Positions 38,598 to 47,300 of a DNA stretch of 52,418 nucleotides are shown piece after piece; position 1 is the first letter of the stretch, and each line of letters starts with the position of its first letter. This stretch comes from a bacterium. GTDB taxonomy: Bacteria; UBP6; JAFGXH01. The notes under the pieces are model-generated. The model ran no database searches and was not told the origin of the DNA. It saw nothing but the letters and a program-made list of their open reading frames with translations. The stretch covers positions 1 through 52,418 of the forward strand of contig JAFGXH010000178.1 of NCBI GenBank assembly GCA_016936735.1, written 5' to 3'. The position numbers and the translations under genes are program-made.

Positions 38598-40832
38598 TCA
38601 AACAGTTCTTCTAAAATCAACATATAAAATTCCATCAATTTTAGAGAGTTTTATTTTGATTTTTTTTAACATATCAATATCTGAAACAAGTATTGTTAGT
38701 AACATCTCAACAGTATTTGATTCAACCTCTTTTGATGATGTTATAGATTCAATGTTAAGCTCCATTTTTGAGATAACTTTTGTTATTTCAGAAAGAAGGC
38801 CAACTTTATTAGAACCACGAATCTCAATAATGATTGGTCTAAATGCTCCCTCATTTTGCCAATATGCCTGAACAATTCTCTCTGAATCAAAATTTTCAAC
38901 ATTTACACAGTTCTTTTTATGTATTGTAACACCGAATCCAACTGATATATATCCAATAATTGGCTCATTTGGAATAGGATTACAACATTTTGCAAATTTT
39001 ATCATAATATTCTCAAGACCATCAATTATAACACCAGATTTTGAATCTGATGCCTTTTTTGAGAATTTTTTTAAAAAGCGAGCAAAACGGGTCTCCTCCT
39101 CCTGTTCTCTTCTTTTTAGAATTGCATCTTTTGTTTCTGGAATAAGTTTTTCAAGAATATCTTTAACATCAAGTTTTCCATAACCAACAGCAGTTGCAAT
39201 ACCTGCTAAATTTGCATACCTTGTTGTTTTTGCTCGCTCTTCAAGAGTATTATCTTTTACAAGTTTATTAAAATTAAAACCAAGTTTTGTACACTCTTTT
39301 TCAAGAACAGATAATCCTAACTGTTTAGCCTGTTCCTTCTCCTCTTGATTTACAATAGATGATATTTTAGCACGAGCTCTTGATGTGATAACAAAATCTA
39401 ACCACTCCGCTTTTGGTTTTTGGTTTGAACTTTTTGTTATACTTATCACTTGACCAGATTTTAATTTTTGTCTAAGAGGAGCAATTGAACCATTTATAGT
39501 TGCACCACTACACTGATTCCCAAGATTTGTGTGAATTGAATAGGCAAAATCTAAAACAGTTGCACCTTCAGGAAGAATAACGACATCTCCACCAGGGGTA
39601 AAAACATAAATCTCCCTATTAACAATCTCATCAGAAACATCAGACTCTATATTTCTAGATTTATTAGAGATATTTTTTTCTTGATTCTCATCCTCTTTCT
39701 CTATCTCCTCTTGAAGCCAATGTTTCACAATTTTTTTTAGAACATTTATCTCATTTTGCTCTTTTGATTCTGCCGATTTTTTAGCTTTATAGGCCCAATG
39801 AGCAGCAAAACCATTCTCAGCAATAAGGTGCATCTCCTCTGTTCTAATCTGAATTTCAATAATTTTACCTGTTTTTGAGAAAACAGCTGTATGAAGAGAT
39901 TGATAGTTATTAGATTTTGGCATAGAGATATAGTCTTTAAATCTTCCAGGAATAGCCTTATAAAAAGAGTGAATTTCACCAAGAACAAGATAACACTCCT
40001 CTTTTTTTGTTGTTATAACTCGAAAAGCAGTTATATCATAAAGCTCATTAAACTGTTTATTAGCTCTTACCATTTTTTCATAAATAGAGTAGATATGTTT
40101 TGCTCTACCATCAACTCTTCCTTTAATTGATAGAGATTCTAAAATATTTTTAAGTTCTGTTATAGTTTCTGAAATAAAGGAGTCTCTTTGCTCTTTTTTT
40201 TCATCAAGAAAATCTGCTATTTTTCTATAATTTTCAAAATCAAGAAATTTAAAAGCCAAATCCTCTAGTTCCGACTTTATTTTATAAAGTCCTAACTTAT
40301 GAGCAATTGGAGCATATAACTCTTTTGTTTCAAGAGCTTTTTGTAACTGTTTATCTTTGGGAAGATATTTAAGAGTTCTCATATTATGTAATCTATCTGC
40401 AAGTTTTAAAAATAGAATTCTTATATCATCAAGAGTTGATATTTGAATCATTTTTCTAAATCCTGCTGCTCTACTTTCATCTTTAGATTGATATGATGTT
40501 TTTGATAAAATTGTAAACCCATCAACAATTTTAGCAATCTCTAAACCAAACTCTTTCTCTAAAAACTCTCTCTCAATTGTTGAATCATACTCCATAACAT
40601 CATGTAAATAGGCAGCTCCAACAGTTGCAGTATCTAATCGAAGCTCTTTTGCAACAATAAGTGCTATCTCAGCAGAGTGTGCAAAAAATGAGTCTCCACT
40701 TAATCTAAGATGCTCTTTATGAACTTTTTTAGAGAATTCAATAGATTTATCTATAATATTCCAATCACTTTCTGGTGAATGTGAAAGAAGTGCTTTCTTT
40801 GTCTCTTCAATATAGCTTGAAACATCTAGCAT
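38598..40832 (-). CDS. rel: long RelA/SpoT homologue, (p)ppGpp synthetase/hydrolase
   Basis: HD domain (AHSAEIA...LHDVMEYD...LADRLHNMRTL). Synthetase domain (RAKHIYSIYEKM, YQSLHTAV, EIQIRTEEMH). TGS (VFTPGGDVVILPEGATVLDFAY) and a C-terminal ACT-like domain. Confidence 0.9.
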   Translation of the reverse strand: MLDVSSYIEETKKALLSHSPESDWNIIDKSIEFSKKVHKEHLRLSGDSFFAHSAEIALIVAKELRLDTATVGAAYLHDVMEYDSTIEREFLEKEFGLEIAKIVDGFTILSKTSYQSKDESRAAGFRKMIQISTLDDIRILFLKLADRLHNMRTLKYLPKDKQLQKALETKELYAPIAHKLGLYKIKSELEDLAFKFLDFENYRKIADFLDEKKEQRDSFISETITELKNILESLSIKGRVDGRAKHIYSIYEKMVRANKQFNELYDITAFRVITTKKEECYLVLGEIHSFYKAIPGRFKDYISMPKSNNYQSLHTAVFSKTGKIIEIQIRTEEMHLIAENGFAAHWAYKAKKSAESKEQNEINVLKKIVKHWLQEEIEKEDENQEKNISNKSRNIESDVSDEIVNREIYVFTPGGDVVILPEGATVLDFAYSIHTNLGNQCSGATINGSIAPLRQKLKSGQVISITKSSNQKPKAEWLDFVITSRARAKISSIVNQEEKEQAKQLGLSVLEKECTKLGFNFNKLVKDNTLEERAKTTRYANLAGIATAVGYGKLDVKDILEKLIPETKDAILKRREQEEETRFARFLKKFSKKASDSKSGVIIDGLENIMIKFAKCCNPIPNEPIIGYISVGFGVTIHKKNCVNVENFDSERIVQAYWQNEGAFRPIIIEIRGSNKVGLLSEITKVISKMELNIESITSSKEVESNTVEMLLTILVSDIDMLKKIKIKLSKIDGILYVDFRRTV

Positions 40833-41210
40833 ATAATTACCACAAATAGAAACTTTAAAATATCATATTTTTAGATTTGAATCAACTCATTAAAAAAGAT
40901 TCAATACTGCAAAAATATAAACATAATTCGACAGTTTTAAAATTTTTTAAAATTTTAAAACAATTTTTATGATTATAGCATTCTAAATTTTGATTTATGC
41001 AATAGAAGAAAAATATTATAGTATAAATTTTAGAAATTAATTATAAAGAAAAAATTAATGATACAAATAATTAATAGGAGTATTGAAGAGTTTTATTGTT
41101 TTATTTTTATTGCATAAATAGATAATTAAATTGGAATTACTATTTCCTAGAACCAAAAAATTTTTAGAGTAAAATGGGGATGATATAACAGTTCCACGTG
41201 GAACATAAAA

Positions 41211-41669
41211 CTATTTATTAAGTTTGGAGTTATCATAGTTATATGGAATTGAGGAACCAACAACAACATCCTCTATTTTTTCAAGAATTAGCCAATCATC
41301 CATATTGTTTTGATGTTCAAAGCTTAGTGGAGATATCTCTTCAATATTTACAAACTCAATTAAACATAAAGATTTTTTATGCCATCTCTCTATCTCTTTT
41401 TGTGATAATTTTAGCATATTTTGATTTTCACTAATAATTTTTGTTATCTCATCATCATTTAATTTAACATAGTTCTGAACATTTTCAACAGTAGCTTTTG
41501 CAGATATTTTACCACTCCCTTTCTCCATAAAATAGAGTGTTTCATTTTTAAAAACTCTACTATGGGGAATTTTTCTACCTGTTGCTCCTCTTATTAGCAT
41601 TGTTTTAGTTCCATCTAAAATTTTTTCTAAAACTCTCTCCTTATTATCACAATAAACCAAATGAATCAT
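41211..41669 (-). CDS. ASCH/PUA-like domain protein
   Basis: 152 aa. ILDGTKTMLIRGATGRK resembles the ASCH core (I..G.KT.E.R). Assignment is by pattern only. Confidence 0.5.
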   Translation of the reverse strand: MIHLVYCDNKERVLEKILDGTKTMLIRGATGRKIPHSRVFKNETLYFMEKGSGKISAKATVENVQNYVKLNDDEITKIISENQNMLKLSQKEIERWHKKSLCLIEFVNIEEISPLSFEHQNNMDDWLILEKIEDVVVGSSIPYNYDNSKLNK

Positions 41670-41759
41670 GTTTTCTCCAACTCAAAATTAACAATTTTTT
41701 AAATAAAGATAGAACAATATAAAACTCTAATTATTAATTTTATTATAATGATAATTGAA

Positions 41760-42302
41760 CTATTTTTCAAAAACAATATACTCTATTTCAACAGATTTTA
41801 CAAGCCAAACTCCATTTTTTGAAAAGTAAAATTTTGCTCCATTATTAAACATCTCTTCAGATTTTATTGTTAAAATAGTGGGTTTTCCATGCCTTTTTCC
41901 AACATTAATTGCTGTTTCAATATCTTTTGAAAGATGAACATATTGCCTATTCATTGGAATAAGACCACTTTTTTTTATTGAATCTATAAATCTTGTTGCT
42001 GTTCCATGATAAAGATATTGAGGAGGAGTTTTCTCTACAAACTCTAAATCAACCGCTATTGAATGCCCCTGATTTGCTCTGATTTTAGTTTCATCTTCAG
42101 ATATCTCAAATCGTTGCTTATCATTTGATTTTACAACCTCTTTTAATATTTCATAACTGATAAAAAGCTTACCATCTCTGTTTGTATTCTCTATTATATC
42201 ATTAATAGAGCCCCATCCATTTTTATCAAGAGTGATGCCAGCACTCTCTGGATGATGTCTTAGAATATAGCTCAAATATTTGCTAACTCTTTTTATATCC
42301 AT
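41760..42302 (-). CDS. kptA: RNA 2'-phosphotransferase (Tpt1/KptA family)
   Basis: VSKYLSYILRHHPE, LDKNGW, RANQGHSI, LYHGT and VHLS are the conserved Tpt1 blocks. 180 aa is a typical length. Confidence 0.85.
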   Translation of the reverse strand: MDIKRVSKYLSYILRHHPESAGITLDKNGWGSINDIIENTNRDGKLFISYEILKEVVKSNDKQRFEISEDETKIRANQGHSIAVDLEFVEKTPPQYLYHGTATRFIDSIKKSGLIPMNRQYVHLSKDIETAINVGKRHGKPTILTIKSEEMFNNGAKFYFSKNGVWLVKSVEIEYIVFEK

Positions 42303-42313
42303 AATACCCTTTC

Positions 42314-43753
42314 CTACTCTTTTAAATCAAAGCCAATCTCATTGAGATTTTTTCTAATAATCGATATATCAACATTCTCTCCTGAAAATTTTACTAATCC
42401 TGTTTTGTGATTTGCTGAAACAGAGGATACTCCACTAACTTTAGATATCTCTCTTTCAACACTCATTCTACAATGATTGCATGTCATTCCAATAACATTT
42501 AATTCAATATATTTCAAACTATTATTAGATTTTTCACTATTTTCTTTTTCTGAATTAGAGTTTATGCTTGATTTTATACTGTTTTTTATGGAGATTGGAT
42601 TAATTTTTTGCTGTTTTAGTGAAAATTTACTATCTATTGAGATAGATTTTATTTCACCTATACTATTCAATTTATCATTTTTTTTAGGGTTATTTTTTAT
42701 CCTATCTTCTGACTTAAAATCATTTGAATCATGAGAGTGATGATGAGGTTTAATCCAGCCATAAATAATAAAGAGTAGTAAAATAATTGCAGATATAGTT
42801 GAATAAAGAGGAGTTTCTGAATGGCATGATTCAGTATAGTTTTTTGTAAGTTGAAACCACTCCAATGGTAAAAAATAGTCAACAAAAAAACCAAATATTA
42901 AAGCTCCCAATGTTATTGTAGTTATATATATTGCTAAAGTTTTTTTCCCCATTGATTTTGCTAAAACAGTCATTGTTGCAGCATTTGTTGCTGGTCCTGC
43001 CATTAAAAATACAAGTGCAGCACCAGGAGATATTCCTTTCATTAAAAATGCAGCTGCAATTGGAACAGAACCTGTTGCACAAACATACATTGGTAGTGAT
43101 ATAAGAAGCATTGCCCCCATTTGAAGTGGATAGCTTCCTAGTTTTTCATTAAAAAAATTATCAGGAATCACAACTGTTATAACTGTTGCAATAATAATTC
43201 CTATAACTAACCATTTTGAAATATCACCTAGAAAATCAAAAAAAGCATAATGAAATAGATTTTTTATTTTTTGTAAAAAGCCTATTTTATGAATTTTTTG
43301 CTCTAATTTATTAATATTTTCTCTATTTTCACTATTGATTTCATTTTTTTTCTTAAAAAAAATCGAAACAATAAATCCACCAATAACTCCAGTTATAAAA
43401 GCAATAATAGGTCTTATTATTGCGAATGGTAATGTTAATAATGAATAGGTAACAAATATAGAGTCAACACCTGTTTGAGGTGTTGATATTAAAAAAGAGA
43501 CTGTTGCACTTTTACTAGCCCCCTCTCTATATAAACCAATTCCTGTTGGAATAACTCCACAAGAACATAAAGGTAGTGGAATACCAAAAATAGAGGCTTT
43601 AATTGAGGATAATAGTCCCTCCTCTCCAAATGATTTATGTATAAATTTTTTAGGAATAAAAACATGTAATACTCCTGCAAAAATAAGTCCTAAAAGTAGA
43701 TATGGTGCCATATCTGCTGTAATTTTCCAAAGTGTATATAAAAAAAACTCCAT
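42314..43753 (-). CDS. PF03773-type permease (putative Cu/Zn efflux transporter) fused to a C-terminal heavy-metal-associated domain
   Basis: Multi-TM protein with PLPLCSCGVIP and VCATGSVP motifs. Has a His-rich loop, KPHHHSHD. C-terminal ferredoxin-like HMA domain with GMTCNHC. Confidence 0.7.
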   Translation of the reverse strand: MEFFLYTLWKITADMAPYLLLGLIFAGVLHVFIPKKFIHKSFGEEGLLSSIKASIFGIPLPLCSCGVIPTGIGLYREGASKSATVSFLISTPQTGVDSIFVTYSLLTLPFAIIRPIIAFITGVIGGFIVSIFFKKKNEINSENRENINKLEQKIHKIGFLQKIKNLFHYAFFDFLGDISKWLVIGIIIATVITVVIPDNFFNEKLGSYPLQMGAMLLISLPMYVCATGSVPIAAAFLMKGISPGAALVFLMAGPATNAATMTVLAKSMGKKTLAIYITTITLGALIFGFFVDYFLPLEWFQLTKNYTESCHSETPLYSTISAIILLLFIIYGWIKPHHHSHDSNDFKSEDRIKNNPKKNDKLNSIGEIKSISIDSKFSLKQQKINPISIKNSIKSSINSNSEKENSEKSNNSLKYIELNVIGMTCNHCRMSVEREISKVSGVSSVSANHKTGLVKFSGENVDISIIRKNLNEIGFDLKE

Positions 43754-44039
43754 AAAAACTCCTAAAAATATAAAAGTTAATATATTTAAATAGAGATAAA
43801 TCTCTTTTCTTTTTTAAAATAGCAAAAATACAAAAATATCAATCTTACAAAATTGATATTAACAATAAAAATAGATTAAGTATCTATTTTATTAATTATA
43901 GTAATATTGAAAACCAATTTCAATATTAAAAATAATTTTGCAAATATATATAGGTATTTTATACTCAAATTAAATAAAATAACTATTTTCATTTAAATCA
44001 AAATTTGATATACTCTTTTGGGTTTAAAAATGGTAAACT

Positions 44040-45341
44040 ATGTCTAGTTCAATTTCAAAAAAAGAGAGAAGAGTTATAACTGTGATGTTTACAGACCTTA
44101 AAGATTCAACTGTATATTTTGAAAAACATGGTGATATTAAGGGACGTCTTCTTATAGAGAAACATAATAGACTTCTTTTTCCAATTGTTGAACAATATAG
44201 AGGAGTTCTTATTAAAACAATTGGCGATGCAATTATGGCCCGCTTTGATATTCCACTTTATGGTGTTGCAGCAGCAATAGAGATGCAAAGAGTATTAAAA
44301 AAGTTTAATGAGACATCAAAAGAGCCTATAAAAATTAGAATTGGACTTCATACAGGTGAAGCAATTGTTGAGAATAGTGATGTTTTTGGGGATACAGTTA
44401 ATCTTGCTGCAAGGATTGAGTCTGGAACAGATGCAGAATCAATAACAATTTCAAAATCAACATTAGAGAAAATAGAGCCTTTTAAAATAATAAAAACATC
44501 ACCTCTAGGTTCAGTAAAATACAAAGGAAAATCTGATTCAATTGAGACTTATGGTGTAGATTGGACAATATCAGATATATCATCTGAACTATTTCCTCAG
44601 GATTTAAAACCTGAAAAAGGAGTTGAGATATCTCTTGAAAAATCTTCAAAAAAAATAATAGTTATATCTGCTATAGTTATTGCACTTCTTATTGGATTAC
44701 CAACAATATATATTCTATCTCAAAAAAACAAAATAACAAATAGCTCTAAAAAATCAACTCAAAAAAGGGGAAATAAAAATAGTATTGGGAAAGATTTTAG
44801 AGATAGAGTTGTAAATTATGCCTCCTCTTTTGAGGGAAACAATATTCCTAAAAGTAGTGATTGGAGTGCACATGCAACAGGATTTGCAAAAATGGTTTTT
44901 TTAAAAGAGGATATTGATATTACAAATCCTCGTGAAAAAAAGGGTAGTGATGGAAAATGGCTTACTGTTGCAGGTTTAATGCATCAATATTTTGAAGAGA
45001 ATGGAAAAATATTTAAAAATGGAGATCCAAAAAAAGGGGATATTATATTTTTTGATAACACTTATGATCGAAACAATAATAAAAAAGCTGATGATACTTT
45101 TACAACTGTTGGGATTGTTAGTGATATTGATAGTGAGGGAACAATAAACTTTTTTTATTACACAAAAAATAGTGTAAAAGTTTATCAAATGAATCTTAAA
45201 AACCCTAAAACAGAGTTTTTAACAGAGAAAAATGTTAAAAAATCATTAAATACAAAAATGATGTGGAGAACAAAACAACAGAGTGATTTTCCAGAGTTAT
45301 CATCAGAACTATTTAACTCTTTTGGATCTCTTGAAAAATAG
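44040..45341 (+). CDS. class III adenylate cyclase - single TM helix - NlpC/P60-like (apparently inactive) C-terminal domain
   Basis: Cyclase core: VMFTDLKDST, LIKTIGDAIMARF, IGLHTGEAIV, FGDTVNLAARIES, with metal Asp x2, Lys/Asp specificity pair and Asn/Arg all present. TM at aa 206-227 (IIVISAIVIALLIGLPTIYILS). The C-terminal domain has GDIIFFDNTYD...TTVGIVSDIDSEGTINFFYY. Confidence 0.75.
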   Translation: MSSSISKKERRVITVMFTDLKDSTVYFEKHGDIKGRLLIEKHNRLLFPIVEQYRGVLIKTIGDAIMARFDIPLYGVAAAIEMQRVLKKFNETSKEPIKIRIGLHTGEAIVENSDVFGDTVNLAARIESGTDAESITISKSTLEKIEPFKIIKTSPLGSVKYKGKSDSIETYGVDWTISDISSELFPQDLKPEKGVEISLEKSSKKIIVISAIVIALLIGLPTIYILSQKNKITNSSKKSTQKRGNKNSIGKDFRDRVVNYASSFEGNNIPKSSDWSAHATGFAKMVFLKEDIDITNPREKKGSDGKWLTVAGLMHQYFEENGKIFKNGDPKKGDIIFFDNTYDRNNNKKADDTFTTVGIVSDIDSEGTINFFYYTKNSVKVYQMNLKNPKTEFLTEKNVKKSLNTKMMWRTKQQSDFPELSSELFNSFGSLEK

Positions 45342-45448
45342 TATATATTATTATTTTTCATGTTAAATATTTTAAATAAACTAAAAAATTATACTTATAG
45401 AGTTTTTTACAACTATTTTAATTATATTTTTAAACTAGGAAGAGGATT

Positions 45449-46339
45449 ATGAATCTAAGCTATCATATAAAAAAAATTGATGAAACTCCAGAAATAGAGG
45501 AGTCTTTTAAAGTTTTTGGTCAGATTGAACCAATCACTATTTTTGAGAAAAATGGAGAAAAATATCTTCTTGATGGAGAAAAAAGAGTTAACTATTTTGA
45601 AAATCCAACATCAATTAGTTTTAATAATATTAAAGAGGCAACTATTTTTCTTTTTCAAAAAGAGAAAAAAAGTGAATTAGAGGCTCTTCAAATGCTATCG
45701 ATTTTAAAAAATGAGAATATTTCATTAAATGATTCATTCTCTATTTTTGAAAAATTTTATTCAAATATTTCATTGAGAGATTTCAGTAAAATTTATCAAA
45801 TAGATTTTACTCCAAAAATAAAAAGAGTAATTCTTGAGTCAAAAATAGGATTTAATGAATTAAAAAACTACTCAATTTTAAGTGTTTCTAATTTTGAGTC
45901 ACTATTTAATCTTTTTTCAGAATTAAAATTAAATGGAAATCATAGAAAAGATTTTTTTCTACTTCTTGATGAGATTTCAATAAGAGATAATGTTTTTTTT
46001 AGTGATATTTTTAATTTAACAAAATGGGTTGAGATTTTTAATTCAGATAGAGGATTAGCAGATAAAATATCTCAATTAAAACAACTACTATATGATATTA
46101 GATGGCCTAAATTATCAGAATTAACAACAGAACTTCAACAACTTAGAAAAAAAATCCCATCAGTAAAACGTGCTATATTTGATTTTCCTATTGATAGAGA
46201 ATCAACAAAAAATAGCATAACATTAACATTTGAATCTTTTGATGAGTTTTCAGAGCAACTTAGACAACTTGAAAGATTAAAAGACTCAAAAGAGTTTCAA
46301 TCACTTTTAGATAAAATAGCAAATCGATTGAAAAATTAA
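45449..46339 (+). CDS. hypothetical protein with ParB/Srx-like N-terminal motif
   Basis: 296 aa. GQIEPITIFEKNGEKYLLDGEKRVNY resembles the ParB N-domain G.L.PI.V....Y.L..GERR block. The remainder is helical with no recognised motif. GGAAGAGGA RBS. Confidence 0.35.
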   Translation: MNLSYHIKKIDETPEIEESFKVFGQIEPITIFEKNGEKYLLDGEKRVNYFENPTSISFNNIKEATIFLFQKEKKSELEALQMLSILKNENISLNDSFSIFEKFYSNISLRDFSKIYQIDFTPKIKRVILESKIGFNELKNYSILSVSNFESLFNLFSELKLNGNHRKDFFLLLDEISIRDNVFFSDIFNLTKWVEIFNSDRGLADKISQLKQLLYDIRWPKLSELTTELQQLRKKIPSVKRAIFDFPIDRESTKNSITLTFESFDEFSEQLRQLERLKDSKEFQSLLDKIANRLKN

Positions 46340-46442
46340 AAAATTAAAGATTTATTATTCTAATTCTTATTTAATAATACTATTTTGATCTTGTTTTATT
46401 AAATATAGAGTTTTTAAAAATAAATATATTTTTGGAGTTTTT

Positions 46443-47249
46443 ATGTTTAAAATTTTTATTTTATCTATTTTAATATTATATCCAATGTTTAATTTTGCAG
46501 AAGAGTGTGAAGAGATAAGATTTAAAAAATATAAAAGAAATTTTATTATAACTGGCTTTGGTAATGATAACTCTCCATCTTGGTGGGGAAATAATAAACA
46601 TAATCAGGTGAAGTTTCAGTTTAGTTTTAAATATAGAGTTGTTTCTCAGCTCTATTTTGGATTTACTCAACTCTCTGTTTGGGATCTATGGAATATCTCT
46701 CAATCATCCCCTTTTGAGGAGAGTAACTATAATCCAGAGTTTTTTTTTATTTCAGAACTATCAAAATCTCAAACATTAATAATTGGATTCGAGCATATAT
46801 CTAATGGGCAAAGCAAAGATAGTGGAAATTCAAGAGGAGTCAATCTTCCCAATATTATACTTCATTCAAAATGGTTCTCATTTCTTGAGCAAAAAGTTAA
46901 ATTGTGGTTCTATTTTGAGGATATTATTGATTATTTTAATTTAATAGATGATTCCCTTTTAGAAAATAAAGATATTGCTGAATATTTGGGTTATGGAGAG
47001 ATTTGGTTTAATTTTTTTATCTCTAAATATTTTAATATTGAGATGATGTTAAGAAAGGGAATATCAAAAAATATAAAACAGGGAGCTATTCAGATAGGTA
47101 TTGATTTTCAAATTCCATTTATATTTTTAATAAAATATAATTTAAATCCAAAATTCTATTTTGAATGGTTTGCTGGTTATGGTGAAACATTGCTTCAATA
47201 TAATAAAGGGGAGATTCAGTATAGATTAGGTGTGATGTTATCTTTTTAA
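46443..47249 (+). CDS. pldA: outer-membrane phospholipase A (OMPLA)
   Basis: Signal peptide. KFQFSFKY strand motif. Catalytic HISNGQS (H-x-S-N-G) block. 268 aa beta-barrel pattern. Confidence 0.75.
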   Translation: MFKIFILSILILYPMFNFAEECEEIRFKKYKRNFIITGFGNDNSPSWWGNNKHNQVKFQFSFKYRVVSQLYFGFTQLSVWDLWNISQSSPFEESNYNPEFFFISELSKSQTLIIGFEHISNGQSKDSGNSRGVNLPNIILHSKWFSFLEQKVKLWFYFEDIIDYFNLIDDSLLENKDIAEYLGYGEIWFNFFISKYFNIEMMLRKGISKNIKQGAIQIGIDFQIPFIFLIKYNLNPKFYFEWFAGYGETLLQYNKGEIQYRLGVMLSF

Positions 47250-47300
47250 AGTTTAAATAGATTCCGAATAGTAGTATATTAATATATTCAGAGGTTAATT

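Noticed and set aside
38359-38871. Plus-strand ORFs 38359-38541 and 38587-38871 bridging the rel 3' end and the downstream hypothetical gene
   Set aside because: They overlap minus-strand genes that have a clear coding signature. They have no motifs or RBS.
40994-41118. 11-bp inverted repeat TTTATGCAATA ... TATTGCATAAA flanking about 100 bp upstream of rel (MITE-like?)
   Set aside because: The arms are short with indel-interrupted extension. There are no target-site duplication and no second copy in the window. It is plausible by chance in a 378-bp region of more than 80% AT.
44033-44038. TAAACT -10-like hexamer abutting the cyclase ATG (leaderless mRNA?)
   Set aside because: The hexamer ends 1 nt before the ATG, so transcription would initiate inside the codon region. 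More likely the promoter lies further upstream and the gene simply lacks a strong SD.
44040-47249. Pycsar/CBASS-like antiphage module (nucleotide cyclase plus phospholipase effector)
   Set aside because: The cyclase has the Lys/Asp pair of ordinary adenylate cyclases. No cNMP-binding, TIR, patatin or SAVED effector domain is visible. The phospholipase is a signal-peptide-bearing OMPLA with the housekeeping HxSNG barrel.
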